Shown here one piece after another: positions 1 to 8,500 of a stretch of DNA of 26,733 nucleotides. Position 1 is the first letter of the stretch; each line of letters starts with the position of its first letter. The position numbers were made by a program, and so were the translations under genes. This stretch comes from an uncultured Nautiliales bacterium (GTDB lineage Bacteria > Campylobacterota > Campylobacteria > Campylobacterales > Nautiliaceae), in contig CAZEOW010000003.1 of NCBI GenBank assembly GCA_964514005.1, positions 1 through 26,733 on the forward strand, read 5' to 3'. Under the pieces are notes generated by a model. That model saw only the letters and a program-made list of their open reading frames with translations. It had not been told where the DNA came from and searched no databases.

Positions 1-1358
1 TGAAGCGAGGTTTTAATAGTTTTATTAGTTTCTTTAGTTTTATTAGTTTCTTTAGTTTTATTAGTTTCTTTAGTTTTATTAGTTTCTTTAGCAGATTTAT
101 TCTCTTTAGAGGTTATTTTTTGATTTGAAGGTTTAGTAGGAATTTTGTCTACTTTCGGTGATAAATGTGTAGATATAACCTTTTTATGTAATTTTATTTT
201 AGTTTTTTGAGTTTTATTAGTATCTAAAGCTTGTTTAGGAAGAATAACAGGAATTATATGAGTTTTATCTTCAAGCTGAGGAATTGAATCTATGTCTATA
301 TCTAAGTCTTCATTTTCTATTTTAATTAAACCTAATTCATTTAAAAATGGGTCTATTGATATAGTATGAATTTTATTTGTAGGTAATTTTTTATAAGGTT
401 TTAAATAAATTAATTTTCTTTTTGTAAATTTATTTTTTTCTAACTGAATATCATCTTCAATTTTTATTATTTTAGCTTTAATATGGTTGTTTATTAACGC
501 TATATACTCTTTTTTTATATCTGTATCTAAAGGTAAGTAAGCTTTTATTATATAATCTGGTTTTAAGAAAGCTAAAATAATACTTTCTCCTTTTTTTACA
601 AATTCTTTATTTTGAACTAAAGGTTTAATATACTCTAAATCTTTTGGAGCAAGTAGGGTATAAGTTTTTTTATTTAATGTTATAATTTTTGCTATTTTAT
701 CATTTAAATAAGCTCTGTTTTTTTCTTCTAAATATACATACCCATCTACTGGAGCTTTTATTTTAAAAGTTTTTGCTTCAACTATACCTTCTGTTGTAAT
801 AATATTCATTTTATCATATATAAAAACCATAAGAAATACAATTACAGTTATAGCACTTATAATCATTCCAATAATAGAAACTTTTTTTAGTAACTCTTTT
901 TTATCAATTCTTTTATCCTCTTCAAGATTTACTCTATCTTCTATCATAATTTGTTTTACAATATTATTAGAGATAATATAGTTTAATATCTCCATTTGTT
1001 CTTTTGTCAAATGAACAAATTTAGCAACAAGCCCCATATCTTCTCTAACTTTTAAAAATTCAAGTTCTATATTCTCTATTTTTATTACTTCATCTTCAAA
1101 TACAAAAAGCATATCTGCTTTTATATATCTTTTATTTAGAAAATATTGAGGATTAGGAGCTTTTATTACACATCTTATGGTAGACCATTCAATAACTTCA
1201 TAGTTTTTACCCTCTATTTTTATAAATATTTTACTTGTATCATCAGATTTGCTTTCTTGAAGAGGGGTATTTATATCTTTCTTTTTAAAAAAAGAACTTA
1301 ATTCTTGTAGTTTGCTGGATATTTTGTTTAAAGTTAATGTAAAATCTATTTTTTTCAT
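1..1358 (-). CDS. Alg44-like protein (degenerate PilZ-like domain, one TM helix, HlyD/MFP-type periplasmic domain, low-complexity linker); 3' end lies outside the window
   Basis: Not in the ORF track. Hand translation from ATG 1358 (GAGGAG SD at 1365-1370) is open for 452 codons to the window edge. It contains IEGKNYEVIEWSTIRCVI (PilZ DxSxxG-like strand), TM VSIIGMIISAITVIVFLMVFIY (about 816-881), and lipoyl half-motifs IKAPVDGYV and VQNKEFVKKGESI. Confidence 0.75.
   Translation of the reverse strand, partial: MKKIDFTLTLNKISSKLQELSSFFKKKDINTPLQESKSDDTSKIFIKIEGKNYEVIEWSTIRCVIKAPNPQYFLNKRYIKADMLFVFEDEVIKIENIELEFLKVREDMGLVAKFVHLTKEQMEILNYIISNNIVKQIMIEDRVNLEEDKRIDKKELLKKVSIIGMIISAITVIVFLMVFIYDKMNIITTEGIVEAKTFKIKAPVDGYVYLEEKNRAYLNDKIAKIITLNKKTYTLLAPKDLEYIKPLVQNKEFVKKGESIILAFLKPDYIIKAYLPLDTDIKKEYIALINNHIKAKIIKIEDDIQLEKNKFTKRKLIYLKPYKKLPTNKIHTISIDPFLNELGLIKIENEDLDIDIDSIPQLEDKTHIIPVILPKQALDTNKTQKTKIKLHKKVISTHLSPKVDKIPTKPSNQKITSKENKSAKETNKTKETNKTKETNKTKETNKTIKTSL
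18..89 (-). repeat. Perfect in-frame 18-bp tandem repeat, 4 copies, encoding (KETNKT)4
   Basis: Plus-strand unit agttttattagtttcttt at 18-35, 36-53, 54-71 and 72-89, with no spacers. Confidence 0.97.
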
Positions 1359-1386
1359 AAGAAGCTCCTCTTTTTTAATTTATAAA

Positions 1387-1395
1387 ATTATAACA
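1387..1395 (-). promoter_or_regulatory. Extended -10 sigma70-type element TGTTATAAT upstream of the Alg44-like gene
   Basis: Exact TGnTATAAT on the minus strand in the 42-nt gap between two genes, 28 nt upstream of ATG 1358. The AT-rich background raises the chance-match rate. Confidence 0.5.
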
Positions 1396-1400
1396 ATTTA

Positions 1401-2345
1401 TTATTTTATTGTTGAAAAAATTTTATATGATTTTTTTCTTTTACCATTAGAGTTTATTACTCCCCAATATTTTTCTGCTTGTTTAAAATATCCTGTATGA
1501 TTAGGATTATCTATAAAATTAAAAAAATTAAATCCTATTAAGTTAGCCCCATTTTTGAAAATTGGTATTAGTTTTTTAAATTCTTTTAATACATAGCTTT
1601 GAAGGTTAGTTTTATAGCTTGAAATAGCTAAATATGCTAGAAAAGTTGGTTTTTTATACTTTTTATTTAAGTATAAAGCAAATGCAAGTGCTCTTAGGGG
1701 AGTATTTTTTATCTCTTTTATATTATTTCTTGTTATTGCTCTCATTTCTTGAAAAGCTATAAAGTCACTTATTTTAGCACTCTCTTTCATTGAAGGAGAA
1801 TATAAATTCCAGTTATATTCATCCCATATTTTATTGTAATCTCCAAAATCTCCTAAACATATTCCAACTAAAGTGTTTTTATCTTTTAAAAGTTTTATTG
1901 ATTTTACTTGTAATTTATCAAATTGTTTTGAAGAGGCCATATTGTTTTCGTTATATTCTGGATTGATTATAACAATTTTTTTGCCTTTAATTTTTTTTAA
2001 AAAATTTTTAAATTTTTTTAATTTAGCAAAATACTCTTTTTTATGTTTTTTTACAAATTCTGGTGAAATTTCATCTGCAAAGTAATAAAAAATAAAAATA
2101 GGAGTAAATCCTTTTTTAATTGCTTTATTAATTGTTTTAGCCGGATACCAAAACTCTTTCCAATCTCTTGTGATCCAAATAGAAAATGAGTTTACATTTT
2201 TTGGAGTAATTTTATAAATAGGAATTCTATCTTTATAGGAGCATTTTTTATAAAAGGCTTTATTTTTGCAAACAGTAAATCCTCCAACTCCAATATAAAA
2301 AGCAAAACTAAATGAAAAAGAGAGTATTAATAATAATTTACTCAT
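1401..2345 (-). CDS. Secreted (beta/alpha)8 glycoside hydrolase-like protein, clan GH-A-like
   Basis: Signal peptide MSKLLLILSFSFSFA; IIINPEYNE acid/base-like motif; KPTFLAY strand; C-terminal AEKYWGVINSNGKRKKSY resembles the E..fGl...dg..K motif. ATG 2345 is preferred; the track start 2351 is TTG. Confidence 0.65.
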   Translation of the reverse strand: MSKLLLILSFSFSFAFYIGVGGFTVCKNKAFYKKCSYKDRIPIYKITPKNVNSFSIWITRDWKEFWYPAKTINKAIKKGFTPIFIFYYFADEISPEFVKKHKKEYFAKLKKFKNFLKKIKGKKIVIINPEYNENNMASSKQFDKLQVKSIKLLKDKNTLVGICLGDFGDYNKIWDEYNWNLYSPSMKESAKISDFIAFQEMRAITRNNIKEIKNTPLRALAFALYLNKKYKKPTFLAYLAISSYKTNLQSYVLKEFKKLIPIFKNGANLIGFNFFNFIDNPNHTGYFKQAEKYWGVINSNGKRKKSYKIFSTIK

Positions 2346-4107
2346 AATCAATTATAAGGGAAATTGTGGATTTTGGATAAAGTTTTTTAATTCTAACATC
2401 TATAAACCTTTCTTTTTTATTGATGTTTATAATTTTTATTTTTGTTTTTAATACTTCAGGGGCAATGTGTTTAATTTTTACATTTGGATAATATATCCTA
2501 AAAGTAAAATTATCTATATCTACTTCGTTATCGTTAGAAATACCTATAAAAATCTTTTTTTCTGTAATTGTATCTATATGAAGTGAAATATTCTTTAAAA
2601 GTTTTGCTCTTTTGGCTATATCTTTTCCTTTTAGAGTTGGAATTTTTTGTTGTTTTAAAAATTTAAAATACTCTTTTAATATATGAATATTTTCTGGAGC
2701 ACTTAAAAGATGAGTATGAACACTTAGAGTGTATAATGTATTAAGAGATGTTAGTAATTTAGTCTCTTTTTTTATATGATCTAATATTTGCTTATCGTTG
2801 AAATTGTATTCAATAAGATATAAATAATCATCTGTTCCATGACGAGGAAGTAAAACAAAATTATCTATTATTGTTGGTTGCAAAGAAGGAATAGATTTTG
2901 CCATAACATATAAGTAATTGGCTTTTTTAATGTATTCTTTTATGATATTATTAATTTCCTCTCTTGGAGGTCTAAAACCTAAAACTTCTTTTTTAGTTAT
3001 TTTTTGTAAAATATTTTTAGATGCGATTATTTCTTGAGAAGCGTTTTTATTATTAATTTTAGAATGAGAAAAACTATGAGAAGCTATTTCTATATTCTTA
3101 AAAGAAGATGCTTTTTTTGTAATTTTTTTATGTTCTTGAGCAAGTTTTGCTACACAAAATAGAGTTGTATTTATATCATACTCTTTTGCTAATTTAGCAA
3201 AATTTATCATATTTTTATATTTATATTCTGTATCTTCTGATATAAAAACGGCCATTTTTTTATCTAAAAAAGGATATTTTACAAGAGTAATGGGATTTTT
3301 GAAATAGCTAAATATATTTTTAAAAATTGTATTAAAAGTTTTTTCACTCATATCTAAAAATGTGTATGCTGGAGTATTGAAATAAAACCATTTTCCTTTT
3401 TTATAAAATCCGTGCCATAAAATCCCTGCTTTTTTTACATTTAAATGTTTTGGAGTATCGGTAAGTGCCCAATTAGTAAGTGCTAAATCGGGAGTTTTTG
3501 TGAATAAATCTATATAATCATTTCCATAAAGAGTAATGAAAGAGGTTTTTAAGTTTTCTGCTTTTGCAATAGGGGATAGAAGCTTATATGTAAAAAAAGA
3601 TAAATCTTTTTTATAGAGTTTATAATCAGTTGACTTTAGATTAGTAAGATTTATTAAATATAGATTATTTGTAGGAATTAAATTTTCATTAAAATATCCA
3701 AAGTGGTAATTAAATATTAAATTCCCCCCTTTTTTTAAAAATTCTTGAATTTTAAAAAAAGTTTCTCTGCTTAATACATAATTATCGGGAATTATTAAAA
3801 TATCTTTTTTGGAAAGTTGCCTAATTTCATTAGGATATATAGTTTTTGTATTAAATCCTAATGTTTGGATTCTTTGTTGGAATTTTTCAAATACTCTATT
3901 GTAATTGTTTAATAATCCGTTCTTTTCTAAATATAAATCGTTTAATTGAGTTTTTAAAAAATATATATTCTGTTTAGGAGGTTGAAAAAAGCTAAAATTA
4001 TCATTTTTAGGAAGTATTTGATATAAAACATAACCAGAAATAGTAATCATTATAAATACTGATAAAAAAACAAAAAGAGGGTAGGTATATCTATTCGAAA
4101 AAGACAT
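2338..4107 (-). CDS. Membrane-anchored polysaccharide deacetylase (CE4/NodB-like) with an N-terminal class-I GATase-like domain
   Basis: N-terminal TM; ILIIPDNYVLS...FLKKGGNLIF (GATase/GH42-middle-like); VFISEDTE (motif 1 variant), EIASHSFSH (HxxxH), GFRPP and LSVHTH. AGGAG SD at 4114-4118. Confidence 0.85.
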   Translation of the reverse strand: MSFSNRYTYPLFVFLSVFIMITISGYVLYQILPKNDNFSFFQPPKQNIYFLKTQLNDLYLEKNGLLNNYNRVFEKFQQRIQTLGFNTKTIYPNEIRQLSKKDILIIPDNYVLSRETFFKIQEFLKKGGNLIFNYHFGYFNENLIPTNNLYLINLTNLKSTDYKLYKKDLSFFTYKLLSPIAKAENLKTSFITLYGNDYIDLFTKTPDLALTNWALTDTPKHLNVKKAGILWHGFYKKGKWFYFNTPAYTFLDMSEKTFNTIFKNIFSYFKNPITLVKYPFLDKKMAVFISEDTEYKYKNMINFAKLAKEYDINTTLFCVAKLAQEHKKITKKASSFKNIEIASHSFSHSKINNKNASQEIIASKNILQKITKKEVLGFRPPREEINNIIKEYIKKANYLYVMAKSIPSLQPTIIDNFVLLPRHGTDDYLYLIEYNFNDKQILDHIKKETKLLTSLNTLYTLSVHTHLLSAPENIHILKEYFKFLKQQKIPTLKGKDIAKRAKLLKNISLHIDTITEKKIFIGISNDNEVDIDNFTFRIYYPNVKIKHIAPEVLKTKIKIININKKERFIDVRIKKLYPKSTISLIIDYE

Positions 4108-4267
4108 ACTTTTCTCCTAATTCATTTAAAACATCTTCATAAGTTAATTCTTTTTTTGTTTTCTTTCTTTCTCTAGCTTTGTATAAAAAGTAAGCTATTA
4201 CTCCAAATATTAAAGTAAGCAGGGTTATTATTAAAATAAGCATTGATAAAAAACTTAAAATATTCAT
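4091..4267 (-). CDS. Small single-pass membrane protein, 58 aa; candidate PgaD/IcaD-like synthase partner
   Basis: Hand translation: MNILSFLSMLILIITLLTLIFGVIAYFLYKARERKKTKKELTYEDVLNELGEKYVFFE*. ATGA overlap with the GT2 stop, AAGGA SD upstream, 17-nt overlap with the deacetylase start. Below the ORF-track length cutoff. Confidence 0.8.
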   Translation of the reverse strand: MNILSFLSMLILIITLLTLIFGVIAYFLYKARERKKTKKELTYEDVLNELGEKYVFFE

Positions 4268-5589
4268 AAATTTCCTTTTCTATCTAATTTCCCCCAGCTC
4301 ATTTTTACACCAAACCACTCTTCAAATGTAGATAATATTTTAGCAAGATTTATCACTTGAATAAAAAATAATCTATAATATATAGCATAAAATGCTAAAC
4401 TTAATTTATCTCCTGTTACTAATATACAAAACAAAGCTCCAGCAATATCTACTATTGTAAACATTACCCACCAGTAAAACATTAATATACTATACCCAGA
4501 TACCATAGCACTATATAAAATAAACATATTAGCCCATAAATCCATAAAGGGCCAAAAAATTGCTTCAAACAGCATATACCACATTGTAAAAGATGCGGCT
4601 ATATTGCCTCTCCATTTCCATAAAAGTTTTTTATGTTTTCTAATAGCCTGTAATATTCCCCTTGTCCATCTATATCTTTGTTTTATTAAGTTTAATAATT
4701 CTTCTGGAGCTTCTGTATAGGCTACTGCATCGGGTTCAAAATCGATTTTATAACCTTTAGATATAAGCTTTAATGTAACATCACAATCTTCTGCAAATGT
4801 ATCATCATCATATAAGCCTACTTCAATTAATGCATTTTTTCTAAACATTCCAATAGGACCGGGAATTATATTTACAAGTTTTAAAAAAGCCTGACCATTT
4901 CTTACCATATTAAGCCCTTCTAAATACTCAAGGGCTTGAAGTTTTGTCCATAGGTTATTTTGATTGCTTACATAAACTGAACCGGCTACTGCGGCTATGT
5001 CTTCATCTTCAAAATGGGTTACCATTAAAGCTACTGCATCTTTATCAAGTTTTGAATCAGCATCAACTACCATTATTAAATCGCCCTCCGCTCTTTCTAT
5101 ACCATAATTAATCGCCATAGCTTTTCCACCATTTTTTTTTCTAAATACTCTAATCTCTTTTTTAGGGTGATTTTCATATCTTTTTGCAATGGAGTATGTT
5201 TTGTCTTTTGAACCATCATCAATTACTATAATTTCTAAATTTTGATAAGTTTGTTGAGTAAGAGATTCTATTGATTTTGCAATTACAACTTCTTCATTAT
5301 ATGCAGGAACTATTATACTTACTTTTAAAGATGTGTTTTTATTTATCTCTTTTTCTGAATTAATAGCTATTTTAATTATTGAAAAAAATAAAAGTAAAAA
5401 GTATCTTAAAATAATTAGGGTAGTAAAAAATAGAATTAATATCATTCCGGCTTTTGCAAAAATATTTTGGATATTGTAAAAAGTCTGATAAAAGTGAAAA
5501 AGCGTATAACCAAGTCCTGTTATTAAAATAAAACTTAAAAATATAATAACAGGAAGTTTTACCAAACTTTTAATATTTCTAATAAACAT
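4264..5589 (-). CDS. Processive GT2 synthase, PgaC/IcaA/MatB-like (poly-beta-1,6-GlcNAc synthase-like)
   Basis: Two N-terminal and several C-terminal TMs; DDGS (124-127), NGGKA, DAD (176-178), AED, QRYRW (304-308); C-terminal WGKLDRKG; no PilZ domain, so not BcsA. Confidence 0.88.
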   Translation of the reverse strand: MFIRNIKSLVKLPVIIFLSFILITGLGYTLFHFYQTFYNIQNIFAKAGMILILFFTTLIILRYFLLLFFSIIKIAINSEKEINKNTSLKVSIIVPAYNEEVVIAKSIESLTQQTYQNLEIIVIDDGSKDKTYSIAKRYENHPKKEIRVFRKKNGGKAMAINYGIERAEGDLIMVVDADSKLDKDAVALMVTHFEDEDIAAVAGSVYVSNQNNLWTKLQALEYLEGLNMVRNGQAFLKLVNIIPGPIGMFRKNALIEVGLYDDDTFAEDCDVTLKLISKGYKIDFEPDAVAYTEAPEELLNLIKQRYRWTRGILQAIRKHKKLLWKWRGNIAASFTMWYMLFEAIFWPFMDLWANMFILYSAMVSGYSILMFYWWVMFTIVDIAGALFCILVTGDKLSLAFYAIYYRLFFIQVINLAKILSTFEEWFGVKMSWGKLDRKGNL

Positions 5590-8500
5590 TCTATACTTTC
5601 ATAATCATTAGTATTAGTTGTGTTTGAGCTGTTTGAAAAACTACAACCGGTTTTAAATATTTTATTTTTATAAAAAGCTGATATTTTATATAAATTTTTG
5701 CTATCAAAAAAACTATATCCTATAGCACCTTTTAATGTTAAGTAATTTTTTTGATATTTTATCCCTATAAAATTTGAATCTGTCTTTTTAGGAGAATAGT
5801 AGCAACTATTTTTTGAGTTAAATTGATACCATCCTTCAGCAAACATTGTAAATGGAAATGATTCATAAAAGTCATAATAAAATTGAGGAGTAAAAACATT
5901 ATTTTTATTGTTTACATACTCATATGCTAAGCTATACCACAAATCTCTAATAGGAGAAATTTGATTAAAGTATGAAATTTCAGCTTTAATTCTGTTGTAT
6001 TTAATAGAACAGATACTTTTTCTTGAATATGCTAAATTATGTTTATTTATTCTAAAAGTGTATTTGTTAAAATATTCAATATCCCATCCTACCATTTTTT
6101 CAATATCATAAAAAATATCTATTAAGAAGTTTTTATTTTTATATCCTATACCGTAGTAGTAACTTTTATGGTTTTGGTTATTTTGAGTTAGATTATATCC
6201 TCTAATTAACCCAAAAATATTTTTTCCCGCTGTTAAATAGTAAGTTGTCATATCAGTTTTTTGATTATCTTTGAAGTAGTTTAATTTAAAATTTAAAAAA
6301 TAATTTTTTAAAGTTTTTATTACTACTATACTTTTTTTAGGTTGAGTTTTTTTAGGAGTTGTTTTAATGGGTTTAATTATTTTTTTAGGAGGTTTTTTTA
6401 TAGTAATTTTTTTAATAAGAGGTTTTTTTATAATATTTTTATGTGAAACTACTTTTTTTGATTTAGATTTTTTAGCTTCAATAGCTTTTAAATTTTCTAA
6501 TATATATTTTTTTAAAGAGTTTTCTTTTTTAAATGGAACATATTTGCCTTTTTCCCAACTTTCTCTAATAATTTTACACTTTTTTTCGCATTTAATATAT
6601 AAAGTTTTATATCCTTTATCTTTTTTTCTTTTAGATGCAAATACTTGGTAAAACTTTACTATATATACATTTTTTCTTTTTTCTAATAATATAGGGTCAT
6701 ATATTCCTACACTTATAAAATAGGAGTTTTTAAATAGAGCCTGTTTTCTTAATACCCATCCTAAATTATTAGTATAATTTTTTCCATAAAATTTTGAATA
6801 CTCTCTAAAATTCATACTCTCCCAAGCTTTTTTCCAATTATTTAAAAACTCTTTTAAAGAATTAGGAAGAGGTTTTGGCATTTGAGAGAGAAGTTTTTTA
6901 TATATTTTTTTTGCCTCTTCTATTTTTCCGGATTTTTGAAGAGAATAAGCATAGTTATACTCAATAGTAGGAGTTTTTTTATACCACATTAAAAGATAAA
7001 ATTCTCCTGCTGCTTTAGCGTATTGTTTTGAGTATTCTAATGTATAAGCATATTTTTCATGAACATCATAATCATCAGGATTATATGATAGATACATCTT
7101 ATAATAATCTGCAGCTGTTGCATAATTATTTGAAAAATAGGCTCTATCTCCTAAAATAAGTAGCTTTTTACTTCTGTTGTTAAAATATTCATCTATTGTA
7201 GCAGCAGTGCTTGAAGTTACAAAATTGGGAGATATTTTTAATATTTTTGCTTTTAAAATGGCAGCTTTTTTATAATTGGGATATTTATTTAATAATTGAT
7301 TTAATACTCTTAAAGCTTCTTTATTAAAACCATTCCAATAGTATCTTTTTGCAAGTTCTAAATAAGCTTCTTTTGTGTTTTTATAGTTTGCATAATATTC
7401 CCAATTTCCAAAACCTTTATAATAATTTTTTAATTCAAGATATATATCTCCTAAAGTTTTATAGATTTGAGCATTTTCAGGGTGAAGTTTCAAATATCTT
7501 TCATAATAATAAGCTGATTGCTGATAATTTTTTATCATATAATAAAAATCTGCTAATTTTAATAAATACTCTTCATTAGCAGGGTCTTTTTTAAGAAGTT
7601 TTTTATATTTTTTTATAAGTGGAGCGATATTTTTATTTAAAATCATTAAACTCTCTTTTGCATCTTCGTCAAATGGATTTTCTTTTAATACCTTTTTAAA
7701 CATACTTTTTGCTTTTTTCTTATTTCCTTGCCACATTTGAATGTAAGCCAACATTTTATAAGCTTCATATTTTTCTTTTTTATTGCCGTGTTCTAAAACA
7801 TCACTTAAATAGATTGTAGCTTGATAATATTTTCCTTCCCATGCAAGGATTTTTCCAAGTAAAAGTTTTACTTTTGGATTATTTGTGTGTTGAAGTTTTT
7901 TTAAATATTCTAAAGCTTCTTTATTATTTCCACTCCAACTTAGAAGTTTTGCAAGTAAAATTTTTGCATTGTCATTATGGGGATTTTTATTAATAAAATC
8001 CTGAACTAATAATACTGCTTTTTTATGATTTTGTTGGAATAAAGCAAAAGCAAGTGCTTCTAAATTTTTGTAAGATGGGTCTTTTTTATAGGCTTCTTCT
8101 AAATTTTTAATAACTCTTTTTTTAGCTTCTTCGATTTTTTTAGAATATTTTTGGGTAAATTTTTTATCATATTTTGTAATTTGTTTAAGCAGTTTTTCAG
8201 CTTTGTTATACTCTCCTAAATAATAGTATATTTCAATTAGCTTTTTTGCATAGTCTAATTTAAATGAAGAGTAATAGAGTAATTTAAAATAGTTTTTTGC
8301 TTCTTTATATTTTCCAAGATAATATAAATTATAAGCTTTTATTTCAAAATAATCTATACTTTTTTTGTTTTTTATTTTAGATAGAACAAAAAGAGAGTCT
8401 TTATATTTTCCTTCCCACATCAACACTCTTGCTATTTTTATTTTTGAATCATCAGTTAAAGAGTCTATTTTTTTTATTGCATTAAGAGCATAAAAGAATT

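Noticed and set aside
18-89. CRISPR array
   Set aside because: The repeats abut with no spacers, are in frame within a CDS, and no cas genes are present.
1312-1500. 62-aa plus-strand ORF
   Set aside because: Antisense overlap with two well-supported genes, non-ATG start, no motif.
1873-2085. 70-aa plus-strand ORF
   Set aside because: Shadow ORF; the Phe/Leu richness comes from antisense Lys/Glu codons of the hydrolase.
4264-5589. Cellulose (BcsA) or alginate (Alg8) synthase
   Set aside because: No C-terminal PilZ and no BcsB; length and motifs fit PgaC/MatB; no alginate precursor or modification genes in the window.
6367-7579. 94-aa and 76-aa plus-strand ORFs
   Set aside because: Antisense shadows inside the TPR-porin; the apparent hydrophobicity mirrors its Lys-rich linker.
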